DNA of 64,000 nucleotides, from assembly GCA_051942205.1 (NCBI GenBank), contig JAVECO010000047.1, positions 1-64,000 of the forward strand. Reading direction: 5' to 3'. The stretch comes from Coniocarpon cinnabarinum (Eukaryota). The notes beneath the pieces are model-generated. The model worked only from the letters and a program-made list of their open reading frames with translations. It did not search any database and was not told the DNA's origin. Every line of letters starts with the position of its first letter. Positions within the stretch are counted from its first letter, which is position 1. Shown piece after piece: positions 24,701 through 37,708 of the stretch. Position numbers and translations under genes: made by a program.

Positions 24701-26952
24701 CTTCGTAATAAGCGGCTATTTCAGAAGATGGATACCAAAGTGGAGATGGTGGAGCAAGCAGATATCGACGCGAATCCTCTCGTAGGAGCATGCAAAACGC
24801 AGCGGCCGGTCATTCTTCGCCTCATACTTGAAGCTGGCGCAAGCCTACCAACCGATCTTGAGGAGATGCGAAAGGTCCTGAGTGCTGCAATGCCCTCGAT
24901 TAAGATTTTGAGATTGCTGGCTGAGCATGGTTTCGATCCCACAAAACTAGGCACTTTCGGCCTGTGTCTGGCTGCCGACCACGGATCTACGACTTTGATG
25001 GACTACATGCTCAGCGTGGGTGTGCCAGTCGATCCCGCAGCAAAAGGGGTTTCCGTCGAAGATGACCCTAATAATTCTAGCCCCCTAATCAGTGCCACAA
25101 TGAATGGTGCTCCCCACACTGTGAGGCATCCTCTTGATAATGGTGCATCGCCCAATGTCATGTCAGCAGCTTTCGGGTCTGCATTGCACGCGGTGTGCGT
25201 ATCGGAGCAACCTCACGATCATAAATGCGACATTGCTAGACTGCTTCTTGAGGCAGGTGCGATCCCTACAGTCACCCATTGTGCATTTGGAAGCCCTCTT
25301 CACGTTGCTACGTCAGAAGAATGCATTGAACTTGCTAAGATGTTCATAAGGCGTGGAGCATCTGTACATGATATGACTCCGATGATTGAAGATTCTTCTT
25401 TGCGACAGCGATCGGGCCTCGTTGAGGTTGCCAATCAAGGCTCAAAGCCTCTCCACATCGGTCTTCGTCGAGCTAATGTTGGAATGGTTCGTATGTTGAT
25501 TCGAGAAGGTGCGTCACCGTTGGCTTCCACTGAAACCGGCGAATCATCCATAGGCTGTCTGCTAAATGGACTGTGGTCGGGGGAATCGTTGCGCAGGAGA
25601 GATGAGGCAGCGAAGACGCAAGAGGTTCTCACTCTATTACATATCCTTATCGAAGAAGGTGCTAGCATACTGCAAGACTGCGGAGGGTTCTTTCCAAAGC
25701 CTCTCCATGCCGCCGTGTCTCTACAAGAGGTCGAGATCCTCGACTTTGTTCTGAAGCAAGGTGTTAACGTGAACGAATGTCTGACGTCTTTCGGCAGTGC
25801 GCTTCGCTTGGCTGCTGAACGAAAATGGTACCGAGGCATGGATTTGCTCCTTGCTTATGGAGCTAATGTCAATATCAGCATCAGCGAAGGGGAGGAACTG
25901 CCTCCCTTGTTCACGGCCGTCACTGCTAATTGGACCCGTGGCATACGCAGGTTGCTGGAGGCTGATGCAAGAGTAGACCCAGAACCTTTTGATCAAAGTC
26001 ACGCTCTGCGGCTGGCAGCCACGAGGCATAACGCTGAAGCTGTCAAGCTTTTCCTCGAAGCTGGATGCGATGTCGGCGGACGCTCTGGATGTGGGCGAGC
26101 GCCGCTCGAGGAAGCACTGATGAAGGGGTTGCTAGACGATCAAGCCCGAAGAGAAACGGTTCACATACTCCTCGATCACGGTGCCGATGTCAGTTCGATG
26201 CCAGGCCAAACAGATGCGCCATTGATGCTAGCGTCGCACGTCAGAGACCTCGAGCTCGTTGAAGATTTTCTACTACGTGGGGCAAAGCCGCTTACTGGTG
26301 ATCCTGAAAGGTGCTGCGCGTTATGTGATGTCCTGCAAGACTTGGACCTCTTATCTGCGCGGCGTTTGTCAGGGCATGAAAGAGTTGTGAGCCGAGACGA
26401 GATGAACAGGATCGCCACAGACGGCCTGAAGATTGCGAAAACCTTGCTAGCACATGGGGCTGACATCAACCACGACAGTCAACATGCCCATTGTCCTTTG
26501 TTTTCTTCCTTCCAATTGCGTAGGCACGGAAAAGAGATGGCCAAGGAACTGCTGCGACGTGGCGCAATTCCTGATTTTGTAGGGCAGCATCATGAATCAG
26601 TAGTGGTGTCTGTTATCTGCCAAGATCAATTCGCAAACTTTGACAGGAGAAAGATCCTCCGAATGTTGAAAAAACATGGCGCAGATTTCTGCCAGAGATC
26701 GAAGGTATGTAACGTCACGTCTCCTGTCTTCAAATGTCTCTGCGCTTGGTGCATCCTTGCACAAAACGCAAGACCAAAATAATGGAGGGGGAGGCTGTTA
26801 AAATCACACGTATAACATCGCTGATTTTGATGACCCAGGATGGCAAGTCTTTGCTACAGCTTGCGAAGAAACATAACACTCTAACAACATTGAATCTCGT
26901 GCATGCTGATCTCATGAAAGAGGTAGACCTTGCAAGTAGTGGCGAAGCGTAG
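21709..26952 (+). pseudogene. Disrupted fungal NLR (N-terminal helical STAND/HeLo-like domain + NACHT + long ankyrin array)
   Basis: MDGLGGAASVIAVV..RALRWPL N-domain; intron 22164-22216; in-frame TAG at 22443-22445 just before the P-loop LHGISGSGKT; ASGMFRWV..LPKTL..Y; RLAHSSVREYL; many ankyrin units; 1-nt frameshift near 24250; intron 26705-26838. Confidence 0.85.
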
Positions 26953-27304
26953 TTATAATCGCGCTGCGATACTTCACAGCCGTCATACAGAAGATCTCGA
27001 GGAGGCACTTATGACTAATAAAACATACCATGAGAGTCAATTTCACCGTGGTTGCCTATTTCACTCGGCTGTGATTGGCTCCCTCTCCCCAAGCGGCGCA
27101 GGGGGGCCGCTGTCACGTGATGCGCTAAGATTTGCCGCATCTATATCCAGCATTGATATCTTCCACGCCCTCATTACATCCATGTTTCATCTTCATTACA
27201 TGTACAGGTGTCTCAACCGAGTTAATCTCGCACTTTCAAATTTTCATTTGCCATCAGTCTTGGAACTCAACGTTAAAAGTTCTTCAATAACAACTTTCAC
27301 AACG

Positions 27305-28949
27305 ATGGCCCGCTTGCATGATAAACCGGTTGTGCGTCTCCCAGTGATGGATGGCAGAGCACATTCAGCATCAGACGATCCACCCGTGCCGCCAAGTGAA
27401 ATACCCATTGAAGAAGAAGACTATCGCTTTAAAAATGTTAACTTGTGGAGCGAATGGGCTGAGCAGTATTGCCCGGGTGGGTTTCATCCAATCGCCATAG
27501 GCCAAGTTGTTGAAGATGGCCATCATCACCGCTATCGCATTGTCCGTAAATTGGGCTGGGCTTCATTTTCCACGGTGTGGCTGGGCCTGGACGAAGTGTA
27601 AGTCGAAGCTTCCAGCCTTACACGTGCAGCGAAAGATCACGTCGCATTTCTTGCCCGAGGGATTCTCGTGGAGTACTAACGATGCAAGACAGTCTGTCCA
27701 GACTCGTCGCTCTGAAGATCAGTGTTGCAGATGCCCCGAACACTGCCAGTAAAGAAGGTTTAACATATCTGTCAATCCGCAATGACATGCAAACACAAGG
27801 TAAAGCTTCGAGCTATATCACAAATTTATTGGGTCACTTCGAGCTCGAAGGTCCAAACGGCAAACACGCCTGTCTCGTCCTTGAGGTGATGGGCCCTCCT
27901 TGCAGCGAATTTCTGCGCAACCCACAAGACTTCCCTGGTTTTCCAAGCGGCAATAAGCCCTTTAGACCTCCGAGATTACCCATGTGGATGGCCAGAAGGA
28001 TCATCAAGGGGCTTGTCAGTGGACTGCATGCACTACATCGACGGGGTTTTGTGCATAGCGATCTGCACCTGGGCAATCTCCTTTTGCAACCACTTCGCCT
28101 TGACACCTCACACAAAGCGGCTCTCGAACAGGAAGGAAATCTCCACGACAAACATAATTGCGTTCTTCTAGAGAGAAAAGACGGCAAAGTCGACAAATGG
28201 GCCCCGAAATATCTGCATGAGTCACAGCCGCTAGTTGAATGGACAGATCTGAGTCATGAAGGAATGGGCGTGAAGTTATCCGATCTTGGGTGCGGCAAGT
28301 CGTCGATGAATTATCGTATTCTGAGAGCGTCACTCATCTCTTAATCAGCGTTTCCCGTCTCCCATCCCCCTGAAGAGCTGAACACACCCATCGGGTTACG
28401 TCCACCAGAGACATGGTTCGGAATGGATTCCGGACACAGCCTCGACATCTGGGCGCTAGGCTGCTGCATCTACGAAGTCCTAACCACGTACGTCACCTTT
28501 CTCCAGAGAACTCGCTATCGTCAATCGCACCGTACTGATATACCAGCAGTAATCAGCCAATCTCCATCTTCCCCTTCGGTCCACCAGACGAAGTCAAGCC
28601 CGACGAAGACCTAGACGATGCCATGCTCCAATTCGTCGGGCGACTCGGCGATCTACCTCCCGAAGTCTACACAAGCAAATGGCCCAGCTTCTCTTGCTAC
28701 TTCGATCCTCAAGGCAACAAGATTCGAAATAGCGTGGAAGATCCGTTCTGTACGCCGCCGCCTCCGGATCAAATCCATAATTTACCGACCATTGAAGAGG
28801 GTCTCCTTGGTGGTCGATCAGATGACCTGAGTGATGAAGAAGCGCACATGGTTTTGACGTTGCTGAGGAAGATCTTTCAGTGGTTGCCTGAGGCTCGACC
28901 GTCGATCGCAGAGATCTTGGAGGATCCTTGGGTCAAGAGTCTACGGTAG
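27305..28949 (+). CDS. SRPK-like (CMGC) protein kinase; exons 27305-27597, 27693-28294, 28349-28487, 28550(or 28547)-28949
   Basis: EQYCPGGFHPIAIG..YRIVRKLGWASFSTVWL, VALKI, GPNGKHACLVLEVMG, HSDLHLGN, KLSDLG, LRPPE, DIWALGC, RPSIAEILEDPW. Confidence 0.85.
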
Positions 28950-29734
28950 CGTTGCGTGTATATGATTGAGGTGTCAGTTTTGGACTGACTTCCCACAAAT
29001 GTATGAGTACACAGTGAGTCATTATCGCGGGGAGAACAGTCAGTCGAGCCGTAGCTGACTTCCCCCGGGACCGCCGCTAAACGTCGTCTCCTGTCTTTGA
29101 CCTATGTCTTTCTTCTACTGGCTAGATACCCAAGCTGAGACGGCGCCTAAGTTCGTGGAGTAGACTAGTCGGACAGTCATCGCCACACCAGCCACCAGTA
29201 ACGTCTTTGCATCTCAAGAACGCGAGTCTACCTCAGCTCCTCGATTAAAGACGTGAATCAACGTAACCTCGCGCAGATGTCAGGTCTGCATTTCCCGCTT
29301 GTGGCATCTTCGAAGGCACAGATACTAGCAAGTCACAGTGCTCACGAATCGCACAAGTTGCTCATAAAAGGACGCAAATATCTCCGATGCCGGCTCATTT
29401 CCAGTTCCGAAGCGACGAACGCGCTTCTCGATCGCAGATCTGTGCAGCTCTTCGACAGCTCGCCATCCTTTCCACTCTCGTCCCCTTTCCAGAAGTCTCA
29501 GCGTGGGATGAACACGGCTCGTCTTTTAGAAATGTGACCACCCATCTTCTGATGCCGTATCGCATCGCCTGGGCACTTAGCACAGTTCATAGGCATCGCG
29601 CCTGTGTCTTTCTTCGAGAGGTAGAGCAATGTACCCGAACAAACATGCGTGAGTGCGAATGAAATCTCACGGTTTTGCCCTCTAGCGACGTGGAAATCTT
29701 GAATGCCTCAGTGCCGCCGACCTTCGCTAATACT

Positions 29735-29771
29735 CAGAAAGCAGACAGAAAGCAGACAGAAAGCAGACAGA
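29735..29771. repeat. Short tandem repeat (CAGAAAGCAGA)x3
   Basis: Visible directly in the sequence. Confidence 0.7.
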
Positions 29772-31027
29772 TACTAGACAGATCGCAGCGGAATAGAAGG
29801 AAATAAACAACCTCGCTGAGCAGCGACGGCGCTCAGGGAGTTCAAAATCACGTGATTGCAGCACATCCATCGTCACGCCTCGATGTCGTCTCGCGGCCAA
29901 AGAGACGCATCTTAAATCGCTAATCGCTTACGTGCCTCCCACGTCGCCGGCTTCGCGCGAGTCTTGCTTTTTGATTTTTTTTTAAATCTCGTCGCGGTCT
30001 TGTTGCTGAGGGCTTGAATCTCAAACCCAGGAGTAGACGTCGCCACGGTTATGTCTACAATACGATTGCATTTATGAAAGCTTTGTGGAAGCAATACAAG
30101 GCCTCCTGGGTTGCTAAATTGTCGATGAGCTTCTTCAATGACCAAGGAAGTGGCTAGAGCTTGCAGCTACGTTTTCTTTGACATGAGACGGCATAGTGAT
30201 ACGAGTACACTGCATGGACCTAGGAAAAGAGAAGAAGTTGTTGCGTTGTCAACATGTGGCAAATGTATCGCTACAATCGCAACAAGACGGCATTGTATTT
30301 GTGCAGTTTCTCATCCATTGAAACCCTCGCATCTACACGTCAGAACGAGCAAAGCAAGTCAAGGGAAGGGTGAAAGTGGCAGGGAAACAGGCGAATCGGC
30401 CGCACCAGGAACAAACAAGTCCTAAGGTTGTACGAAGATCTTCCCAGAACTGGCGACAGTTGCTCATCTTGTCTCAGCAAAGTACAGCGATTGCTCTATT
30501 GCCTCTGATCTTGTAATCAGCTATTTGTGGAAGCTGCGCACATGTCCACTATTTTATTGCCCCGCGCGGGGCGTGGGGCCTATGCTCAATCCCTCTGCAG
30601 AGCGACGATTCGTGGGCTGTTGTCGTTGACTCTGAGGACTAGCTTTGCTTTGTCGCGATGCCTTATCTAGCATAGACATCTGATTGTTATCGAGGGAAGG
30701 GCGTTGTACCGAAAATTTTGAATGGGGTTCCTCAGTGGCGAAGGAAGCCGATGGACTGAACATGACAATTTACCGTACGCAGCCCCGCGGGCAATTGTGA
30801 GGACAACAGTTTTGAGTTCCGAACTGTGTTTGGACCGTCGCGGTGTCCGGCCATAAAACAGCGTAAGTGTTGCACAATCTTAGAGTTCCTGAACTCCGCT
30901 TGACGTCGCGCAAGCAGGTTGTCGTCGCACAGTGTCAACACATCTCAGAGGCCGAGTGAGCATATAAGTAACCCTAAGCTGATCGACAACAGTGGCTGGC
31001 AAGCGCTTGGTGACTCGAGAACATCTG

Positions 31028-32177
31028 CTAGACGTCGAAGGATCCCTGACCTGTCAACTTGACATCAATTCTGGTCACTTTCCCTTGCCTCGTAGGATCA
31101 TGCTCGACCTCATCAACGGACGCCAGCCTTTGCCTGTGTCTCAAAACTTTGGGGTGCAAGTGATGACCGATGAATGCATGGAGCTTGCTGACGAGGAAAC
31201 GAAGCCGCGGAAGGCAGGCCGCGATGAGGTACACGCTAGGCTCGATGCATGACACGATGATGCTGGCTGCGAAGTGCTCTAAGAGATCCGTGTCAACGAT
31301 GTAGGTCTCGAATGGAAAGATGAAGAGCAACTACTAACTTGGTGTTGTAGCAGCACGTGGCATCTGGAAGTATTCGTGTTGAATGTAAAACGCAAGACGG
31401 AAACAGGCTCCCACGACACCACTAAAGATTGTAAGCTCAGCAGCAGCACCAAGTACCGGTGACTGACATGGAACCCGTGATGAGCGTTGCCATTAACCCG
31501 AGCTTTTTGGCGCGGCCCATCTGCAGAGACCAGAGCAGTGGAAGTGGTATAGCAATGATGATGAGATCAGTGACAATATGAGGTAAGCTGATCCAGGTTC
31601 CAAATACCGTGTAGTCGATGCAGTCGTCAGCATGCGGTGCAATGCTCCAAAACGCCGAGATCGGGTGGCATAGCATTATCGAGGGGATGAGCCAAGCCAG
31701 AGTATAGATGATCGTAAAGATGATGAGTCCAATAGTCGCTCTGCGCACACCTGCATCAACTTTGAAAAAGCGCAGATACATGCCACAAATGGAAAGCTTA
31801 GGCAGCGCGCAAGCAAAAGGGTATACGACAATGAACAGATAGATGGTTTTGTAAGCAATGACATATTGGTTCTCGGACTCGGTGCGCTCCTCAGTAATGT
31901 AGTAGGAGAGATAGGCTTGACTCTCCACTGGAAGATGGTGAGCTATGGTGGCCTCTCAATGCAGGGCTCTGAGGACCTCACCAATCGCGAGCGCACATAG
32001 CACTGTGACTGTCGGTAGAGCTAGCAGGATGCAAGTGTCATCCAAGCCCCAGGCTTGTTTCGTGCCGAAACATTGCACGCTCATGAGCCTAGTTAGAACG
32101 CATACCCAAACGAGAGCAATGGTGATTGCGGCAATATTGCGTTGATGATGCATCCACTCGCGCGCTTCCGATGTCAT
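31028..32177 (-). CDS. PTH11-like (fungal rhodopsin-domain) integral membrane protein without CFEM; exons 32177-31982, 31927-31468, 31421-31339, 31278-31028
   Basis: WGLDD, KLSICGMYLRFF, CHPISAFW..C, IVTDLIIIAIPLPLLWSLQM..KK, CIEPSVYLIAACLPRLR. Three in-phase GT-AG introns. Confidence 0.85.
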
Positions 32178-33202
32178 GGCTTCAGCTTTGAAAGCTAACG
32201 AACAAAGGTCACGGAGATGTCACTAGACTCAAGATTTGGTCGGATCCTACTTTGGAGCAGGGCATGTGGGGGTGAAATACTAGTTCGCAGAAGTTTTGCA
32301 GTGCCCGTAGACGCAAGAGATCGGCCAGTGGCCTTGCGTGCTTAGCCCCCATCATGCGGACGAACAATATTGATTCCTATTCGACAATGGAATGTGTTTC
32401 AGCAGGTGGGCTGTAGCATCCGGGACCCGCAGTCAAGCTTACCGATTCAAACACTATAAGTCGGGGATCATTGAGACGATGGCTGTGGTCGGACAGACTC
32501 ACTTGCTCCATGGGGTTTCCGTGCCTGAGGGCGGTCGCCTATAAGCAACGCAGCCGCTGCAGAGAGCTTTTCCAACAGCAGATTCATGCCACATGCAAGC
32601 GGACGACGCGACAACCCGTGACAATCCGGAAAACCCAGGAGCGTGCGTGAGGATGCGACGAAGGATCATGCTCTCCACCAAGGCAGATGGATGTGAGAGA
32701 TCTCGGCATATCCCGAGGCATGGTATAAAAAATCGTGGCGCAAAGCAAATACCGCAGCGCAAATTATACACACTTTCCCCAGACTCCGGCGTCAATTTCT
32801 CAAGGATGTGCCAGGGGCACTTGTGATCGCGCAATCTCACTATAGAATCCTTTTAACAAAGGCAAACATGGGGTAATCCTAAGATTATTCCCTCGTTGTG
32901 CCATGGTTCATGCAATCCCGCCTTGTCCCTTCGTCTTGTCTGACGAAAGGAAACGAGAAGCACGTAGATGGTTTGAGATCATGAACGGTTGATACATCTA
33001 CATTTCGTACGGGCATCGGGCGCATAGCCTCATCCCCCTCCCTCCTCACAGCCACCGACAAACCAGATGATTCTCGGCTTTTTCAACTCTTCGATCTCTG
33101 CCTTTAATATCAGCGACAGCATGTGGAAGACCTTGCCAAACCCGAATATGACCGACTCACGATGGAATCATGTTGCACGTGAGACGTCTTTGCATTCATC
33201 GC

Positions 33203-34721
33203 CTATTGCAACACAATCTCCAAAACCCCCATCGCACTTCCAAACGGCTGCTTCACACCCACAATCCGCAACCGACTGTCCACCATTCCCAAAAGCCGCT
33301 CCCAGTCCTCAATATCCCTCTCCTTACTATTGAACGCCTGCATCATCGTCAGATCCCTCACTCGCACGATCCTCTCCTCAGACACCGGCACGCTGCCGGG
33401 CTTAGGGAGAACCGTGTCCATAATCAAGAGTCTTGACTTCTTGGCGTCCATCTGCGCGACGATATTGCTCAGGATCTTGGCGGATTCGGCGTCAGGCCAG
33501 TCGTGCAGGATCATGCGCAGTAAATAGGCGTCGGCGGCGTGGACGGGTTGCGGGTCCATGAAGTCGTGGCCTTGGAAGGTGATGCGGTTGGCAAATTCAG
33601 AGGGGAGGGCTTTGCGGCCGGCGTCGGCGTTGGGGGGGAGGTCTTGGACGATGAAGTTGAGAGAGGAGTGGGCGCGGGCGAGTGCCTGCGAGGAGGTGCC
33701 GGTGGAGCCACCGACCTGCGACATTGCGTTAGCACGAAGTATAGCACGATTCGTGTTTGTAGGGCGAAAAAAGGATGGAGCAAAAGCGGGGATCGGGCAT
33801 GACGGAGACTCACATCGACTACGGTGCCGCCGGCTGGCAGAGTTTGCCAGTCAAAGCCAGCCACGAGGTGCTTAATGTCGACGGCCTCGCTGCTTCGCAC
33901 ATTCTTCATGTACCGAGCAAACTCCGCCGTTCTGTCCTCGTCTCTGGACAGGTGGTCGAAGAATGTGAGATCCGTGTTATTTGCGATGTTGTACGCTGTT
34001 TGATGAGTGCTTTCGGTATCCGCACCCCACTTCTTGTTGGCAGCCGCCATCTCCAAGGCCATTGGCGCAGAACGAGCGCACATGTATGTGGCGTACGCGT
34101 AGACATTTTCATCCCTCGCAAGCAGAGCAGACGTTGCTGTATGAAGGACTTGCTTGTTATCGGGCGATTCACGGAAGAGAGCATTGGTCATCGCCATGCG
34201 AAGAATACTTCGGAGACGCTGCTCCGGAACTTGTGCTTTGGCAGAGAGCTCGGCATAGGTGATGCCTGAGCTGAGAGGAACGAGATGGAAGATGTGATAT
34301 TGGCAGAGCCAGTGGAGGCAGGAGATGTATTGGAACTATCGATTATATTATAAGTACAAACTATCAACATACATTGCTTGGAGGCATGACTTACGCCAAG
34401 GGCAAGATTGGGCAAGAACTCGGTAGGTCCAATGGCGAGTTGGAAGAGCTCGAGGGACGAAGCGATGAGATTCTGTCGTGCTTGTTGGATGCCCTGTGGA
34501 GCAGTACTGCCCAGGATGGTGCTAGGGCCATCAGCGTTGAATGAGGGCTGTGGCAAGTTGTTCGCTGCTAGGTAATGAGACACAACGCCAGCATCTTTGG
34601 TGATTTTCCAGCTCAATTCCTCGAGGGGATATGCTGCCTCAGTAGCACGAGCCGGTGGTGACACGCCATTTGGCTGTGAAGCACCGTTCACGTGAGGCAC
34701 ACCGTTAGGCTGTCCAGACAT
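33203..34721 (-). CDS. Secondary-metabolite O-methyltransferase (Methyltransf_2; Fsr2-like role); exons 34721-34395, 34335-33814, 33715-33203; 453 aa
   Basis: LPQPSF N-terminal dimerisation region, VVD|VGGSTG motif I, IVQDLP, HDFMDPQP, YLLRMILHDWPD, DLTMMQAFNSKER. Confidence 0.9.
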
Positions 34722-34969
34722 GTTGACGTATTACTATGGCAAACAAATCTGTGACGCGAAAGGAAAGGCACTCGGATGGTATTGGGGAGCTGTATGTAAT
34801 TGTCGCCATCATCATGGGACCTTTTTAACAGACATGCCCGGCCACTACCGCTATGACCTCGAGCTCGTCCACGCAAGGCTGCTGCAGGTGCCCGCCCAAG
34901 TCACCGAATGTGAAGCGGCCTGCGTAACCATCATTGAAGCCGTTCTTGCACTGGTGTCCCGTTTCCCGG

Positions 34970-34980
34970 TCGGGGCCCGA
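34970..34980. promoter_or_regulatory. Putative Zn2Cys6 binding palindrome TCGG-GGC-CCGA upstream of the OMT
   Basis: About 250 bp upstream of ATG 34721. Fits TCG-N5-CGA (AflR-type) and CGG-N3-CCG. Confidence 0.5.
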
Positions 34981-35616
34981 AGGAGTATGGCGATAGTCGT
35001 CAGACGGGGTGGCACACGTTGGTGTTCGACCCGCATGTCCCGCGACGGGCATTATGCATTATGCCTTCTAGGAGCCGATCGATGACATATGCAAAGGGCG
35101 CAGTTTTGTACGAGGAACGATCTGGAACGTGGAGGAGCGACGCGTGAATGTGGATTTCAATGTTTGAGGTAGAGATACCTCTTGCTCAATCGTGGCACGG
35201 AGGTTCTCAATCACGTGACTATGACCCTTGTCCTTGACGCGGCATCAATCACGTCTAGAAAATGAGATCTGTTTAAAAACATTTCTCTGCGGGCTTGCTT
35301 TAACCATTAATGCAGTCTAGGAACTGTCAGAATGATGTCTATTAGCTGCTCTGGCAGTAATATTCTCGATACTCATAATTTACAAAACCCAATCAAAATA
35401 TCGCAAAGAGGAGAGCCGTCCAATAGGTCTTTACGATGATCGTCTTTAAGCATTTATGTGCATTTATCACGTCGCGCAATCGATTTTTTGATACGAGTAG
35501 AATAGCCTTGACGAGCGAGTTCAAGAATTCAGAAGATTCACATTGATGACAGTTACGACTCCACTCCATTCATATTATTCGTATTCAATGAGTCGTCCTT
35601 GCGTTGCTCGTTTTAG

Positions 35617-37708
35617 TCATCTGTCAAGAGTATCTCTGCTTTGTGCCTTCTCCGCCGTCCCGTTATCGGCCGGTTTGAGCAGAGCAGGCGCGGATGGGGG
35701 TGCTTTCTTTGCCTTGACGCTCTTCCACTCGATGAACACCGCGCCAATGACTGAAACACACGCTGTGACGAGTCCCACTATGTATACCTTTTGAAGTGCC
35801 TTGCTGTATGCATCCACCACAGCACCCAAGGCTGACGTCGGCACAAAGGTTCTGAAGGAGGTTGCTCCACTAGCCAGCACTGATTCAGGATCCACATTCG
35901 GAATTGCTCGTTTCCGGAGCTCCGAGAGTAGTCGAGTGTCTAGGACATTGTTCCCAACGACAATCCAGAGCGCGGCACCGAAATGGCGACCGAAGACCGT
36001 GACTGCAATGCCTATTGGCAAGTCTTTGAACGGGAGAACTGCTTGAACAGCATTGGGAGGTTGCTGAAAGCCCAAACCGCAACCAATACCGAATAGAAGC
36101 TGGTATCCGATCCACTTACCTGCGCTAGTGTCAGGGGCTAGCGTTGTGAGCAGACCTGACGCCACCGCCGTGAGAACCACGCTGGCGTACACAAAAGGAT
36201 TGACGTAGCCGGATTTGCTGAGAACAATGCCGCTTAGAAAGACTACCGTTGCGTTGCCAACGATAAGTGGGATGTTGTGAATTCCAGAAGCCAAAGCTGA
36301 GGTCCCTTTGACGGCTTGGAAGTAGATAGGTATGAAGTAGACGAATAGAAAGAATGCGCCAGAGAGGAATATGGCGAACCAAGTAGCTGACCATATCGTA
36401 CGTTGTTTCGCGACGCGAAGTGGGACCAGAGCGCTTTCTCCACCCCACCACTGCTCCAGGCAGAAAGCGATTAGCGCAAGGCCAAAGACTACGAAGAGTC
36501 CGATGATGCGACCATTACTCCACGCGTAGGTTGTTCCGCCCCACTGTCATCGTCGTCAGTGAACGGCTGAAAAGGAGATCGCACAACATTCATAAATGAC
36601 GTACCTGGAGCGCAATGAACAAACTGACAATGCTTCCTAAGAATAGAACCACGCCCAATGGATCCAGCATCAAGAACATTTGGAGAGGAGTTTTGCCCTT
36701 GAACGGACTGTTGTGATGAGGAAGTCGTAAGAAGAAGACTATTGCCATAGCAATAGCGCCGCTGTGAATATGAGTTAGTAAAGTTGGAGCGCCAGGCTGC
36801 GACTAAATGAGGCATGGAAACGCCACCGTCTCACCCGAGCGGAAGATTGATGTAAAAGCACCACCTCCAGGAGACTTTGTCCGTAAAAGCGCCTCCGATC
36901 TGGGTGAATGTTAACTGTCAATGTGCGAACAGTCTTGTTCAAGACACTGACAAGGGGTCCAAGCACCGATGCCACACCGTACATGCCGGACAAAAGACCT
37001 TGCCAGATTGGCCGTTTGTCCATTGGAGAGGTATGAGCAATGATGATCAAAGCTCCGGAGAAGACGCCTGCCACACCGACGCCGGCAATCGATCGCTGTG
37101 AAACTCCCTCAGTAAAGCCACGTCTCTTTGTTAGTTTGTGAATGCTTACCCCGACAATCAGGACCACTGAACCTGGAGCAACTCCACAGATGAGCGAACC
37201 GAGCTCGAATATGAAGAGTGACACGAGGAAGGTCCATTTGGGACCAAAGAGTCCATAAACTTTGCCGAACGGCAATTGAAATGCAGCAGTCATGAGGAGG
37301 TATGCTAATAGATCTGGGTTAGCGTCTGGGAATTGGGACTGATATGGCCGATGAGAGGCACTGACCAGACCCATACCAACCCACATCATCCAGTGAGTGG
37401 AATTGATTTGTGATTTGAGGTATCGCGGTTGAGATGATGGTGGCATCCAACGCCAGACAGAACACAGCAATGCACAATGCAGTCATGTTGATTCCAAAGA
37501 CCCATGCCGAAGGATACGAGGGCGGTTGAGGGGTCGCTGGCGGTACTGCTGGTGCTGCAGCTTTGGGCTGCTCTTCCTTGAGCGCCGCGCTCGACGGTGG
37601 CGAAGATAGAGTCTCATTACTGTTGGCAAGGGAGATTTCGGTGGTCTGAGGCAAAGTCAAACCAAGATCCGGAGGCCCTCTCTCAATAATGGAGTCTCTG
37701 TTTGACAT
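35617..37708 (-). CDS. MFS drug/toxin efflux transporter (14-TMS, AflT/GliA-like); exons 37708-37366, 37304-37150, 37095-36952, 36899-36835, 36761-36605, 36543-35617
   Basis: [95 protein letters not shown]. Five in-phase introns. Confidence 0.9.

Noticed and set aside
22479..26782. Two separate genes (NACHT-ANK and ANK-only)
   Set aside because: The ankyrin motif continues across a 1-nt frameshift, and there is no room for a promoter between the ORFs.
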